A stretch of DNA of 63,854 bases, the filler included, from Choristocarpus tenellus KU-1152 (Eukaryota; Protista; Phaeophyceae): the NCBI GenBank assembly GCA_964200185.2. It is 6 parts of 6 records of this genome, joined end to end, with 100 filler letters (N's around TTAATTAATTAA, not from the genome) between each part and the next. Parts side by side here need not be neighbours in the genome. Positions count along the whole stretch, not along the records: positions 1 to 27,349 come from CAXNAD020000147.1; 5 more parts are not named here. The stretch is one strand, 5' to 3'. Under the pieces are notes generated by a model. That model had not been told where the DNA came from. It did no database searches and saw only the letters and a program-made list of their open reading frames with translations. Of this stretch, positions 1 to 13,000 are shown piece after piece; positions within the stretch are counted from its first letter, which is position 1, and each line of letters starts with the position of its first letter. Position numbers and translations under genes: made by a program.

Positions 1-69
1 CAAAAATCGTGACATTAAGAAATTGACCCCAAATGGACAGTCGCTACCCCCTCCCAGATACTTTGAGCC
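1..69. mobile_element. Partial MITE family B
   Basis: gaccccaaatggacag...cccagatactttgagcc. Confidence 0.8.
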
Positions 70-271
70 TTTCCCATGTCACACACATAGCTTGAATGCT
101 TTGTGTGTATTTCAAATACTACATATCCCCATCTACAGCAAATCAACTTACCTTGAAGTAGCTTGTTCACGAGATCAAGGGAAGTGGATCACAACAGAGG
201 GCATGCATGTAACTAACCCAACCAGGATATCAAGGGAACATTCATAGTTTTGCCATGTAATACCTGCATCA

Positions 272-534
272 GAGTCAAAATATACAAGAGGTATTCAGTT
301 GCATTTTAAGGATGCCAGCAACTGTGTGCAGAATTCGACTCTTTTTTCAAATGCGTATAGTATAGGGTATTTCCAAATTATGTCAAAAAGTTTCAAACAA
401 TAGAGAAATCAACTATCTCAAGTCAAACTTGACACTTCATCTATAGAAGTGTGGATGAATTGAAAGAGATAAAAACAACCCGACTTAGAGTGCAAAACGG
501 TCAAAACCTGGGGACCTCTTGTGTCCTTTGACTC
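272..534. mobile_element. MITE family C
   Basis: gagtcaaaatatacaagagg...cctcttgtgtcctttgactc. Confidence 0.85.
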
Positions 535-870
535 CCATCAATCAGCATTTGCCAACTTATCTCTTCCTTGTACGTTCAACAGAATCAATGGCGCGCTCCA
601 GTCGAATTGCAAGCACATATATATATATATCTCAGCTATCTCCTTATGATTTGGGTGGTTAAAGTTAATGATACCTATGTGACATGAGATGTGACAGGCA
701 TTGCGTGCAATGGAATCGGACATGAGAATACATCACAGTTACCACACTCATCAGGACGTTGCTAAACGAAAAATAAGACATACTTGTCTCTATGACTGAC
801 TCTAGATCTGTTGAGTTTGTTTGCAGGTCTCTATTGCACAAGGAAATCAATACGCAAGAGGGTCTCTAAC

Positions 871-1056
871 CTGTCCTTTCTCTACGTAGAGGTTCCATAT
901 CCTCTCATGCACTCTCTGACGCTTCAACTGAAGTCTTCGATCAAACAGCTCTTGGCCCAACCACAACACCAGGATGAGAACTATAATTCCCAGTGTAATT
1001 GCAAATCCCAGGGCGGACCTGTCCAATAGAGCTGAGAATAGCTTCAGGCCTCCACC
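871..1056 (-). CDS. Exon encoding first transmembrane helix after GPS (missed by ORF track)
   Basis: ctcctcag|GGGLKLFSALLDRSALGFAITLGIIVLILVLWLGQELFDRRLQLKRQR...GQ|gttaga; hydrophobic stretch followed by a basic DRR/KRQR segment. Confidence 0.85.
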
Positions 1057-4000
1057 CTGAGGAGAGTGAACAGCGAATGCATATATAACTTTTCAAAAGA
1101 GCCCTTAGACTGAGTATAAACCCCAGATGAGAGGTATATTTCTCTCATAGCAGGTTATCAGGGTGTTAAACGAGACTGAAAACGTGGCGCCCCCCCCCTT
1201 TCTGATGGAGATGGGCAACGATTGTATTCGGAGTAGTATGACTCCTTTAAGCGTTACTCATCATGCTGATAGGATGAATGAAAAGAGAAGCCTTGATTGC
1301 ATTTAGAGCATTTGATAACTGAACATATGCATTGGGCAAATGGAGATGACGTCAACACCCCTAACGTGATAGCACAGTTCAAAACAAGCTATTGATGGGG
1401 GTGCTATGTGTATTAGACCACTGACCTTACACTATATCATGGATGCTCACCAATTCGACATGGGTAATTTGGAGAGTGGAATCTTCGCTGGAACTGATGG
1501 CAAATTCCGTCAAGTGAACACTGGTGCATGAGACCATCATATTGGACTGTGTATTGTTCATCTCCTTAACATTGCCTGCAGGATCGGCACTTATCCCGCT
1601 GAGAAAAACCCCGGCATCATCCCACACGTTTGCTGCAGCATCCCAGAAGGCACACAGTGGGTTGGAACCGGCAGTCTTTGACACATTAACCTTCATGTTG
1701 ACTGTCACAGGCAGAGCAAGAGTTTTCACCTTGGTCGTAGTGGGAATAAGAGGTATGGAGATGTTGGTTGTGATGAGGGAGAACATTTTGACTTGTGATT
1801 GCAATTGGAGGGATTAACTCCGCCTTCATCCCAAAATTGTAATATATGTGCTTTGAAGCATATATTAACTTCAATGTGACCTGGTTGCGGGAAACTCCTT
1901 GTTAATAATAGAGCATGCTTCCATGTATGTGTTCTCCATGTTGCATGATGTGCAAGGGACCAATAGGAAGAACATGCATCTCCCCGACTGTGGAACTTCT
2001 TGCTACCATACGTAGACTCAGGTTTTACCTCCTGTTGACCTCTTAGGATCGTAACACTTGTAACCCCTGTGTCCACCAGCATGCTTGGCTGACCATGCAT
2101 CACGAATTGGTAGGATCCCAGGAGCACTGACACCTCTGACTTTGAAGATGCTTGAAGAGGGTGACCTCCAAGACGGCTGTGATCAACATCAGTTGTCGAA
2201 TCCTCAGGAAGGTGCACTGTTGATGATCCTGCAGTCAGAGAGAGGAAAATGTTCCACAATTTTCCACAACAGGTGACCAAGCAAACGAATGAATCCCAAT
2301 TATTTGCCTACATCCAAAGCCAGTGACTCTTGTCCCACAATACAAGAGTGTCTGCCTTGCAATATGTTCAATGATAACATATATATATATATGTTATTCA
2401 ATATACAGGACTATGTGTTGAGAAAAGTGAACTAACAAAGCTCTTACACTTGGTGAACTGAAATAGTCTACTCTATCCTATTTACCGTTTCACTGTTCTA
2501 TGCAGGGCACCAAGTGGATTTGATCCAGTTTTGCAGATGAGATGCATCCTTATACCATCTTCCAATGAAAGCCTGATGTGGGTTTGCAAGCAAGCATCCA
2601 CCAAGACCATTTTAGCTTCTTTGTCCAATCAGGCAGAAAATTCCGAGAGAGGCGAAGGCAAAACCAAGTATTGAAATCGCGTTTCATGTCCTTGTTTTTC
2701 ATGGCAGTTGCAGTGCTTCACGCTATTATATCACCTGCAGACAAAGTACCCTCATCTTCAGATGACCATACAACTGAAGCAAGATTCATCGTTGCCCCGT
2801 TAACGACTGATGGTTCCTCACCAACCTCGAGCTCTGCGACCATCGACTCTAAGAGTTGAGGAAGAAGAACTATCAGCCTGGTAGGTACACAAGTTGTAGT
2901 AGCAATAGGCATGAGATGGGTTGGTCCCGAATAGTCTTCCGGAGTTTGTCAGAGTTTCCACAACCCAAAATAAGCGAGAGGTGCCTAGGTTTTGGTCGTT
3001 TCGCATTGTAAGCGCCAGTTTTTCCAATCTTTTGTAGTACATATTTCTATGGATAAAGTGCTAACTTTGACTTGAGAGCGTTTATTTATCTATTGTTTCT
3101 AACTTTCAACGCAGTTTATGAAAGTTCCAATACGCATTTGTAAAAAAAACCCAAATTTTGCATATACTTGTTGCCCTCCTTAAAATGCAGCTCTGGGTAC
3201 CTCTTATTAACTTTGGCCCTGTCAAGGATAAGATGCAGCAGGTGTCGGAGAGTGGTACCTAATCCGAAAGGTCAAGAGTTCTTGGCATGCCTCACCCGTG
3301 CCAGTCTTTGCACTACCATAAACCTGAAAACTTGTATAAATTTCCATCAAAGCAAAGATACTATTTCCAGATACAGGGTGGTCCATTGGGTGCAGATCTT
3401 CACTTCTTCGACCTGAACCGTACACCCCATACTTCCTATTCTACATACACTCAGAGTCGATTCGAATACCTATCAGTGACATCATCTGACGCAGATTGTA
3501 CGGGAGATGAAGGTGTGGAGGAATTGCTGATGCCACTGGCCACCAACACGCTGTCCAGGGTCTCCACCATGAGATCGACTGCGTCAATATTGATATTTGT
3601 AGAGGTGTTTGTCATGTACATCTGGTTGGACAGTATCCCTACCTGAAAGAGGTTGTTGGGTGATGAGAAGTTGGTGCCTGGGTAAGCAGCCTTGCTCACC
3701 TTTTTGGTTGGGGTAGAGACAAGACCTCGTGTACAGACTCGAGTGACCACCTTGATCGTACCAGGGGATTCCTTGTGTAGCATAAATATTCTTCCGTCAC
3801 AATGGTGACAGTTAACTCGAGAGTGATTGTCGTCAGCTAACACGGTCATATCATTGACTATTGAGGCTTACATTTTTCTAGGGGTATATGCAGGGGAATC
3901 AATAAGAGTTCCTAGCCTGAGTGGTATTGACAGTTGGTTGTTGCTCACTTGAATTAGTTTGTCAGGTTGTAAAACAGTAATGTGCTATATCTCTCCTCAT

Positions 4001-7000
4001 TTGACCCATATGCAGGGTTCCTGGACTAAGGGGAGAACAATTCCTGACTGGTTGGGGTTTGGGGTTCCAATGAAGGTAGAGGTTAATGGCTAAAGCTAAA
4101 GTCAACAGTCAACTGCACAGAAGGTAGTGACCTGGCTCGGACCTGCCAGATTTTGCTTCTGAGTAGCACAGACGAATTGTTGACAAGTGCAAGCCGAGAT
4201 TACATATTCCATTGCAACCAAGTCAAAATCTGTACATTATATGCTTCCTCCTTGGCCCTTGATGAAGCTGTTGTGAAAATCGATTGAAGTTGGAGGAGGG
4301 ATCAACAAAAATATGTTCCTAGATGGATTGAAAGCCAAAAAGAGTCTGAGGGAGGCTGCTACAGAGTCTGAGGGAGGCTGCTACAGAGCCAAAGGGTGCA
4401 ACCAGATATCGCAAGCTACCTTGAGGCAAGATAAGAGATCGACACAGGACATGATATGGTACTGGCAGAATTTGAAAGGGGGGATAGGCACTGCAGGGAG
4501 TAGCGATGTAGCTTAGGATGAAATCTGTCTGGGTGATCTCATGCACTTACGCACCTAATAGAATAGATTACAAAAAAATGTTCAACTATTTGAAAAACAT
4601 AAAATTGTATGATCTTGGCACATCTACTGTAACACTAAATTCAGGGCGCTTAAGAGCTGATATTGGGTCCAGCTCTTGCGTTGCTCCAGGAGATAAACTC
4701 TGGCATGATCATAAATGCTATGGAAATTAATGAATGAATTAATGGACCCTCTTCCCCACAAGTAACACAATGGCTTGAGGATATCTTTACTATCCTATTT
4801 ATTGAGAAATATACCTTAATACCATACTCCGGAGTATACAGTGCTACTGACCCAAAGCATTTAAGAGGGTAGGAGTTTTGCCCTGTTTGTTTCTTTGGGG
4901 CTTGACTTCCCACATGTGTTTTACACCCTTTTTCAGTTTTCTGTTTGAGCACAGATACCTATAATGTATACGACTATGAAAGGTGTGTCTGGAGCAAGGA
5001 TATTGACACTTGCTAACAAACACCATAGCCAAAATTAATCAAAATCACACCATTGAACGGACACGACCCTACCCTCTTAAATGCTTTAACTCACTCTAGG
5101 CTGCTTCCCCAGTCCACCTAGATGTATTGATACGAAGTTGGGTGGAACAAGCAAAAGGAACTATGGGAAAGGGATTCCCACCCCTGGGATTTAGTGCTGG
5201 ATGTTGAAGAATTGTTTTTACGCATCACAGGATGGGACTATCAATTTGTCCAATGCCATACCTTAACTTTCCCCCCCCTTTACCTCCTAACTGCTCTGCC
5301 CTGCCATTTGTTTCGCCAGGGAGAGATTTTTGATACCCTTATTGAGTCTAGCTTTAGGAGGTTACAGTTTGATCGACCCAGTAAGAAAGATCTTGCTAGA
5401 CCTACTACTTAGGTACAGCACTTGTAACCAAACAACACACTCCAGCGGTCCAAAGCACAACCTTTGGACCTTGAACAAGGCTGGGTGCCCGTGTAGTTTC
5501 TTGGTAGCCCCTAATAGTAATATGGCCATGAGAATGCTGTGCGTAACCCAATAGGACCAGGAAGTGAGTGAATCAACTTGAAGATTTGACAACCCTGTGA
5601 TATGGATGGGAGATGCCATCAATGAACCAATCGTAGAAGACAGTCAGGTAGGACTATTTCCCTTCTCCTAACCACCATCTCTCTGCATATGTACATGTAT
5701 GACCATAGACAGAATCTGGGACTAACCTGAGCACTGCTGGTCAAAGTTTCTGGGTACATGGACAAACTAACAAGCACCTCACAGACGGCGGTGATGCTAT
5801 CAGCTGAAAGGTCCATGCCAGTCACATCGCTTGAGACATGCTCAACCATTGTCGTGATGAGAGCCTGCATTGGGGTCAGACAACAAGAATTGAGAGGTTA
5901 GAGATCCTAAATTCTACGTCAATATCGCTTCTTGTGGGTTCCCAGTTGTTCACACTACAACAAATCAAAAGTAGTATTCCTCATATAAGGCTCTAGTAGA
6001 TAGCTGGACATCAGATTGTAACTTTGTGTGCACCTGCGTGTCTTGCATTTCCTCGCCCACATCATCCGTGCTTTCAAGATGGCTGAGTGCTAGAGTTAAG
6101 TATGCCCTAACACTCGCCACAGCATCTCCTGGCTGTACATTCTGGACAGATCCATTCAGCTGTCCTGATGCCTGCTCCAGTAGATATGATGGAAAGGTCT
6201 GCCGAAAGGCAATTGCACAGGCAGGCGATCTGGTGAGTTTGTTTATATTTCCCCCTGTACATTGTACGGAAGTGACAGAAGTGACAGTGGACAGGAAGAG
6301 CTGGAAATGCGATATTTTCGTAAGCTGGTGTAGGTCAAGGATGACATTTTGTACTGTCAGAAATGCAAGCAATGGCTTTTGTCCCAACCTCATAATTAAA
6401 CATGTTGCTATGAGTTCCATGGTGTGCGAGAAGAGCAGGCACCGTGCTTTGGGTCAAGACAGTGATCACTGCAGTTGGGAATACACTGATATTGGAATAT
6501 TTGCAAGGACAGTGTTCAGCATTAGTGGGAAATGGGCAACTGGTTGGCTGATACCTACTCTTTTTCAATGGCAGAAAAAAGTCCAGTTTAGTCACTTGCC
6601 AAGCTCAAAGTGTCTCCAGAATATAATATTTTCAGTCGATGACTTAGTACAGCATCAAAATGACAGGTAATTATTCATAGTGGGGAATGTGCTTTTTGTA
6701 ATCCAAGGTTTGTTTACAGAGGGTTCTGAATGTATGCTGTTCGCAAAGTACTTCATATCTGGTTTGATTTTTTCTCATCTCAGCAAGGCGCCATTGTTTT
6801 TTTGTGCAGATTACATCATTGGTTTGATCAGAGTACCCCAGACAATTGACACATTTCACACAGAGGCCCACGTCAACGTGCACTAGTCCCCAATGGAGTA
6901 TATGAGTGTACTCTGGTGAACTTACACAACAGAGTGTTACGTCGAGCGTCTACACTCCTAAGGCCTTGCAATCAGTAATGAAGCTCTGATAATATGTTTG

Positions 7001-10000
7001 TTATTCCCTCAGCTTCATCAACCTCACCTTGTTTGAGGCGAGAGGGTCATATGAGATGTTGGTGACTTGTACTGTAGCCACACCGCCATCCTTGTCAATA
7101 TATGAGGTTCCCTCTGCACCAAGGCTGTCCGATGCATGGCCTGAGGAATACATCAAGTTTTTGTGCAAGGCTATACAATCGTGTATTCTCTGAACTTACA
7201 TTGGCTGGCACATAGTCGTTCAATAGATTAAAGAAACCAATTAGTCACGATTATTCCCATTAACTTGGATATCCAGTAAGGATTGTAAACGCTGCCATGA
7301 TACTTTAAAAGGCGCTGTATTGTTTTCTTTTGGTAGCCTTGGGCCCCTTCTTAGCATAGTAGCATGAAATCAACAAGATATCTGGTTCTGTTTCTATATA
7401 TATATTGACCTCATCAGAGTGGAAAGTTGACTTTCTGAACGGTACTGCTGTGATAGGTCGAAGTTCCCTTTGACCCATAATGTCCTAGAGGGAATGTCAG
7501 GCATCCATTCGGGGCCTGTGGGAATCTGTAGTGATTTTCATGTCATCTGAGTGAGTTTGTCAAATGAAAGAACAATTTCCTTTGTCTGAACGCACCTTCC
7601 TTCCTCATCCCCCCGTTTCAACCAAATCCGAAGGAAATCACTTGCAAAACGGGCATCAATCTGGGGTATCTTACAACGCCCCATCAAACCCTGAATGGAC
7701 AACCTGGTCTAAACACCCCTTTCCTCTAAGATACTATAGGTCCGTAGACTAAAGTTGGGCAATTCAAGTACAGAGTAGAATCAGTAGGCATGCTTTGACA
7801 GACATTGTGCATGATATTAGTGGGATGATACTGGACATACACCTAGCCCAAAAAAACTCTGACCAGCTTTCTCCAGGAGAAGTGGCATGCAAACATATAG
7901 AGAGTATCATGTAAACAATTGTTGGGATTGTTGGATAGCTCTTGCTTGGGACTTGCCAATCAAGGTGATGGTGAAGTTGTTGGCCGATTCTCCCATAGGT
8001 AAAGGACCAGACCACTCCACTGACTCACTCTTTGATAGGGACAGACTGAGATAATCTCCGCTTCCATCCTGTTTGTCCAGTAACTCATTTCAGAGGTCGG
8101 GAGTGGTAATTGAGTGTGGTGCAGAGTGTACTATACCTTTGTCTAGACACCTTTGACGAATGTAGCTGGGGTGTGGAAACCAAAAGAAAATGTGTCAAGT
8201 GGATGAGCAATGCATTAAATTTGCTCCTCCAAAAACAGACGTAGATGCCTAGGCCTCTCCATACCAATTGGAGCACAACATCATTCATTAAGTTGAAAAC
8301 ACACGCAAAGTAGCAAGCAAACCTCAGTAAGTGTGTATACATATGGACAACAACATATGATTACCACAACACAACATGCATTGTTCTTGTCCAGTGCAAA
8401 AAAACGCACCTTCAGGTTTCTCGCAGGCTGCTCTCTCACCTTGCTATGTGCATAGGAGAAACTAAGAAGGATTGGTAGGTCGTCCTCATCATCTGTCCAG
8501 GATAAGTTCTCCAGAAAGAATGTGTCTAGTGCCGCCTCACCTTTCAGAGGGCTAGCACCGATGAATCCTCCATGTGGTGCTGAGTTCACCAAGATTGAGA
8601 CTTCACTAAATCCTGTGGTTGAGAGGAGAGTTAACCACGAAATTGTAAGCCTCTTAACTGTAGGCAGTGGACCATTTTAGCGGGGTTCATCTACTGGTAT
8701 GCCTCTTGGAAAAAAAAATAATGGGAAGCACAACCTATGTTCTTGGTGAAAGGATCTTGAGCCGAGAGCCTAAAGGTGTAGCTTCCCCCACTTGAGAGTT
8801 TGTTTGGACGGATGATGAGGTTTATCCTGCAGGGTGTGGAAAATAATTTTCAGCAAATAATGGTTTGTCATGGCTCATGGAATTGGATGTGAGGTATCAA
8901 AATTAGGCGAGGACATGCCAAAAAAGAATAAAGTGTCAGGTAGTCAAAGTGTTCAATGAGTATCATTTTGAAGTGTGTTCATGTGCGTGCCAGTTCTTGA
9001 GCATCAACTTGCCCAATTTGAGAGGCCAACAGATCGGATAATAGCAATAAGGCAAACTTGACTTTCTTCTTTGTGACACTAGCAATCACTGTTGTACTAG
9101 TAATGCGTGTCTGTAGCTTCGTCCAAAATAGAACTCCAACAGCAAGTGCTGAGTGAAAGTATCTTAGAGGCTACGAGTTTTGCCCTGTTTGTCCATTTGG
9201 GACTTTGCTTCCCATGGGTTCTTTTATGACATTTTCCTACTCCAAAATGTTCAGGAGTAGTTACAGTGTATAAGTTATGAAAAGGTGTGTCCGTGACAAG
9301 GATATTGGCACTTACTGACAAACACGATAGCCAAAATTACATCAAAATCTAAACATTGGGTTTTGGCCCCCAAATGGACGCGGCCCTAACCTCTAAGATA
9401 CGTTGGTTCACTGCCATCATCTTTGAGTCAAGCCAAGTGAGAGGTAAGCTGGGTTGCATTGTAAGGATCCCCCAAAAGGTAATATGTATGTCATTTAGTA
9501 CAATTGCAGAAGCAACCTTCTCCTGAATTGTGGTATCCCTTTGTATGTGGAAAGGGGGAATAACAACGTTGCATACCATATTGTGTACACGGAGCAATGA
9601 AATACATTGTATTGCTCGGGGAAAGAAAGATGGCTTAGAATTCAAAAGAGTCTAAGCCTGACCACCTCTCACTTGGTTTGACTCTTTCCTCTTCAGTGTT
9701 GAGATGGTTTTGGTCAGAGTTTGTTGCAACATGCTATTTCGTTCATTAAACCACCACGGTGTGCCTTACCCGTGCATGGAAGTGGAGAACACATCCTCCC
9801 AGAGTGAAATGTCTAAGTCACCTTCCTCCTGCCGTTTTGGAAGGTATATGTTATTGTCAATATAACAATAAAACGTAAGTCTCGTGTTGCAGCACCTAGG
9901 GAAAAGGATATCTATAGCAACACACAGTGCTATCTTCCTATTCACTGTGATCACATTCATTTAATGTGGAACCAATTTCCAATCATCAAACACACACTCA

Positions 10001-13000
10001 CAACAACCCACCACCACACCAACATGGCACTGTAATTTGACTCCAGGTTATGCTTGCAAAATCGCTGGATGCTGAACATGGATTGGAGAGATACACAGGA
10101 TAGACTGTATGTGTAAAACGTTTTGCCTGCTTGGGGTATGTCAAATAGGATTCTAACAAACTCGATCCTATACTGACTACATGCACAAACTTGTACCTGG
10201 GTCCAAGTTATGTTGTTCGTTGAATTGGTGGTGCCATATATCACCAGTTTGGAGGTGGGATCGTGTCTGGTTTTGTCATTTTTGAGGGCCACGGCCACCT
10301 CAGGATAGGAGTAGGAGACAACCTGCCGTGAAAGACTTTTGTTGTTTGTTGCAAGCACTGGGTTGCAGAGAACTGACTGTCTTGTGACAGAGCAAAATAT
10401 GTGGCATTCTTCACTCTCATCCAACTCACTAGAATATTTCTTGACTAGAGTGAGAGCCACAAACGGAATACGGTGGTCGGTTCTTGACCTACAAAGCTTG
10501 TAGCATGATCTGCCATGCGCCTTGTTTCTTTCTAATCCCTACCTTGACTTTGCACATAGTGGAGTCTGTACGCAGCAGGCGGTATGTCTCATTAGCATCA
10601 CGGCTTCCCTTCGTCACGTTGAGGACAAAGGTGTATATCTGATCGATCAGGAGTTGAAAAATAGTATTAGCGACTGAGGTTTCAGGAGTGCAAGATATGT
10701 TGTTTTGCCCATCATTGACAAAATTAGTTGGTATAGTGGGTCGATCAGATTTTCTACTTCCTGAACTACAGTTTCTTATGCTCTATTTTATTCAACTACT
10801 GTGGAATGGCCTCCTCCACCTGATCATATCAATTACCTAGCCATCGGTACTTTTTCCTACTGGACACCTGAAACCTTTGGGAGGACAAAAAATGTTGAAG
10901 GTACTCTGGAAAATACAATCCCGAGTTCAAGAATAACAACAGGGTGTTGAAGAAATGACAAGGAATATTACCAAAGTTGAGCATAATTGTTTGGGGCAAA
11001 TACCAGTGGAATTTCACCTCTCTTTAATCCCTATGTGATTTGGGAAGCTTCACCAAGACGTTGAAAAACCACAACCTTTCGAAAAATCGGTTCAACACAA
11101 AGAACATCTCACATTCCGACTTCTTTTAACTCTTTAAAATACTAATTGAAGGGGAGATTTTCAAACCTGAAAAACCTAGTATGTTGACAAAAATGTCTGT
11201 TTTGTCCAAAATCACTTCGGGTAAGACGGTTATCAATATAGAGAGATTCTGCAATATTAACCAATACCACAAATCATTTACATTCTAAATACACAATACA
11301 TAGATATATAGATTCATAGATACATAGATATATAGATTCATAGATACATAGATACATAGATTCATACATACATACATACATACATACATACATACATACA
11401 TACATACATACATACATACATACATACATACATACATACATACATACATACATACATAAAAACTACTACATATTGACGTATATATATACATATTACACAT
11501 ATTTGATCTGTTCAGTATATATTATGTATATGAAGTAGTTGTAATCCAACGTTTGTCTAACGTGTGACATACGTATATCGAGCCAGCTAGACAGATACCC
11601 TCCCCCGAATTTTGCCTCTAGGGGTAGAAGAGGCGCTCTCCAATGGCTACCCAGTGGAGGAATGAAGGAGGCAAAGGGGGAACACTGGTCATGCTCGCAC
11701 ATGCCCCCAAGCTATTGGTCAAGTACAGCAGCACTCACTCATAGTCCAGCAAGTAGGCAACATGTGCTGGCAAATGGTTACCCCCTGCACCTTGGAGAAC
11801 AGCAGTCCCTTAACTGTCAACCGCAATTTCCGTATGGATGCGATCTTCCATGCAGGAACTCCCTCCAATACAACCTACTGCCCTATACAGTGAAAAGAGA
11901 CTACTCCTGGATGTGACCTTTGCTAAATTACAAGTGGACTGCCAACTCCTCAGCTCGTCAAACAGCAATGGCATTGCTCCTGTTGCAGCAAAGGCATGTA
12001 AAGTGTATCCACTACAAGGGATCCTTTCACCCTCTTAGTCTTAACCTCAACCAACACCTTTGTTGTAGAAACCTTCCAGCATTTTGACACACAGGTCGAG
12101 CTTTTCTGCACAAGCTAGAGACTCTTATTGTAGGAGGGAGTAGGGAACGGGTGGGGGTTTCAGCAGAAAGGGAGCTATAAAACCACATTGAAGACAGATT
12201 ACAGCTCAACTGGCCATCTCCAGAAGAGTTTTGTGTTATAATTAGAGACTCCCCTTTCCATTTCTTGTTTTGCCTACATGATAATCCCTGCAACTTATCA
12301 GCGAATATAATGATATGCATACTCTGGAGTATATTAATTATCAATGTTCTTGAAGACACAGAGTTTTGATGAAGAGTTTTGGTTTCAGATGTCAGAGTTT
12401 TTGTTTCAGATGCCATGTTTTAGTACCTAAACCTCTTGAGGCCATCCAAAACAAGCGACCAAAATCTTGTGGAAGAAGCTATGATAATATTAGAGTTGGA
12501 AGAGTAACTCAGACTCAACTTGTACTTGAGAAGAAATTCAACATCACTACCTTAAATATATTAGAAAGAAGTTGTCTGTAGATCGCCATGTTGAATGCTA
12601 CCTCCTCTGTTCGGAATTAAATGTAACGTGATTTTTGCAGCCCTCATGAACAAGTAAGATGTTTTTCCACATGTGCAATTTTTTTATGGGTGTATTGCAC
12701 AGACACCAAAAGTTTGCCCACCAAAATCTCAAGCAAAATGGGCAGCCTACACCCACCTATGATCCTACCCCCGAAGCCCTCCAAAACTCTGTTCCAGGAT
12801 GGTATGTTGCTGTATCCACCATCAGGGAGCTTGCCCACCTTCTCGGCCTTTTCCTTGCTAAGATGGGGAATTTTGAAGGACCCAAAGCATCTAAGAGGGT
12901 AGGGTCTCGTCCGTTCGGGATCATACATCCAATGATGCGATTTTGATTAATATTGACTATCGTGTTTGTTAGCAAGTGTCAATATCCTTGCTTCGAGCAC

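Noticed and set aside
120-870. Further exons of the REJ-GPS gene after the TM exon
   Set aside because: Candidate sites give a 40-nt intron or in-frame stops; no consistent model could be fixed by eye
6026-6670. 214-aa plus-strand ORF (also 3287-3646, 23188-23760, 1524-1817)
   Set aside because: Antisense shadows of minus-strand exons of the REJ-GPS gene
11285-11500. ORF with (YVCM)n
   Set aside because: Translation of the CATA microsatellite
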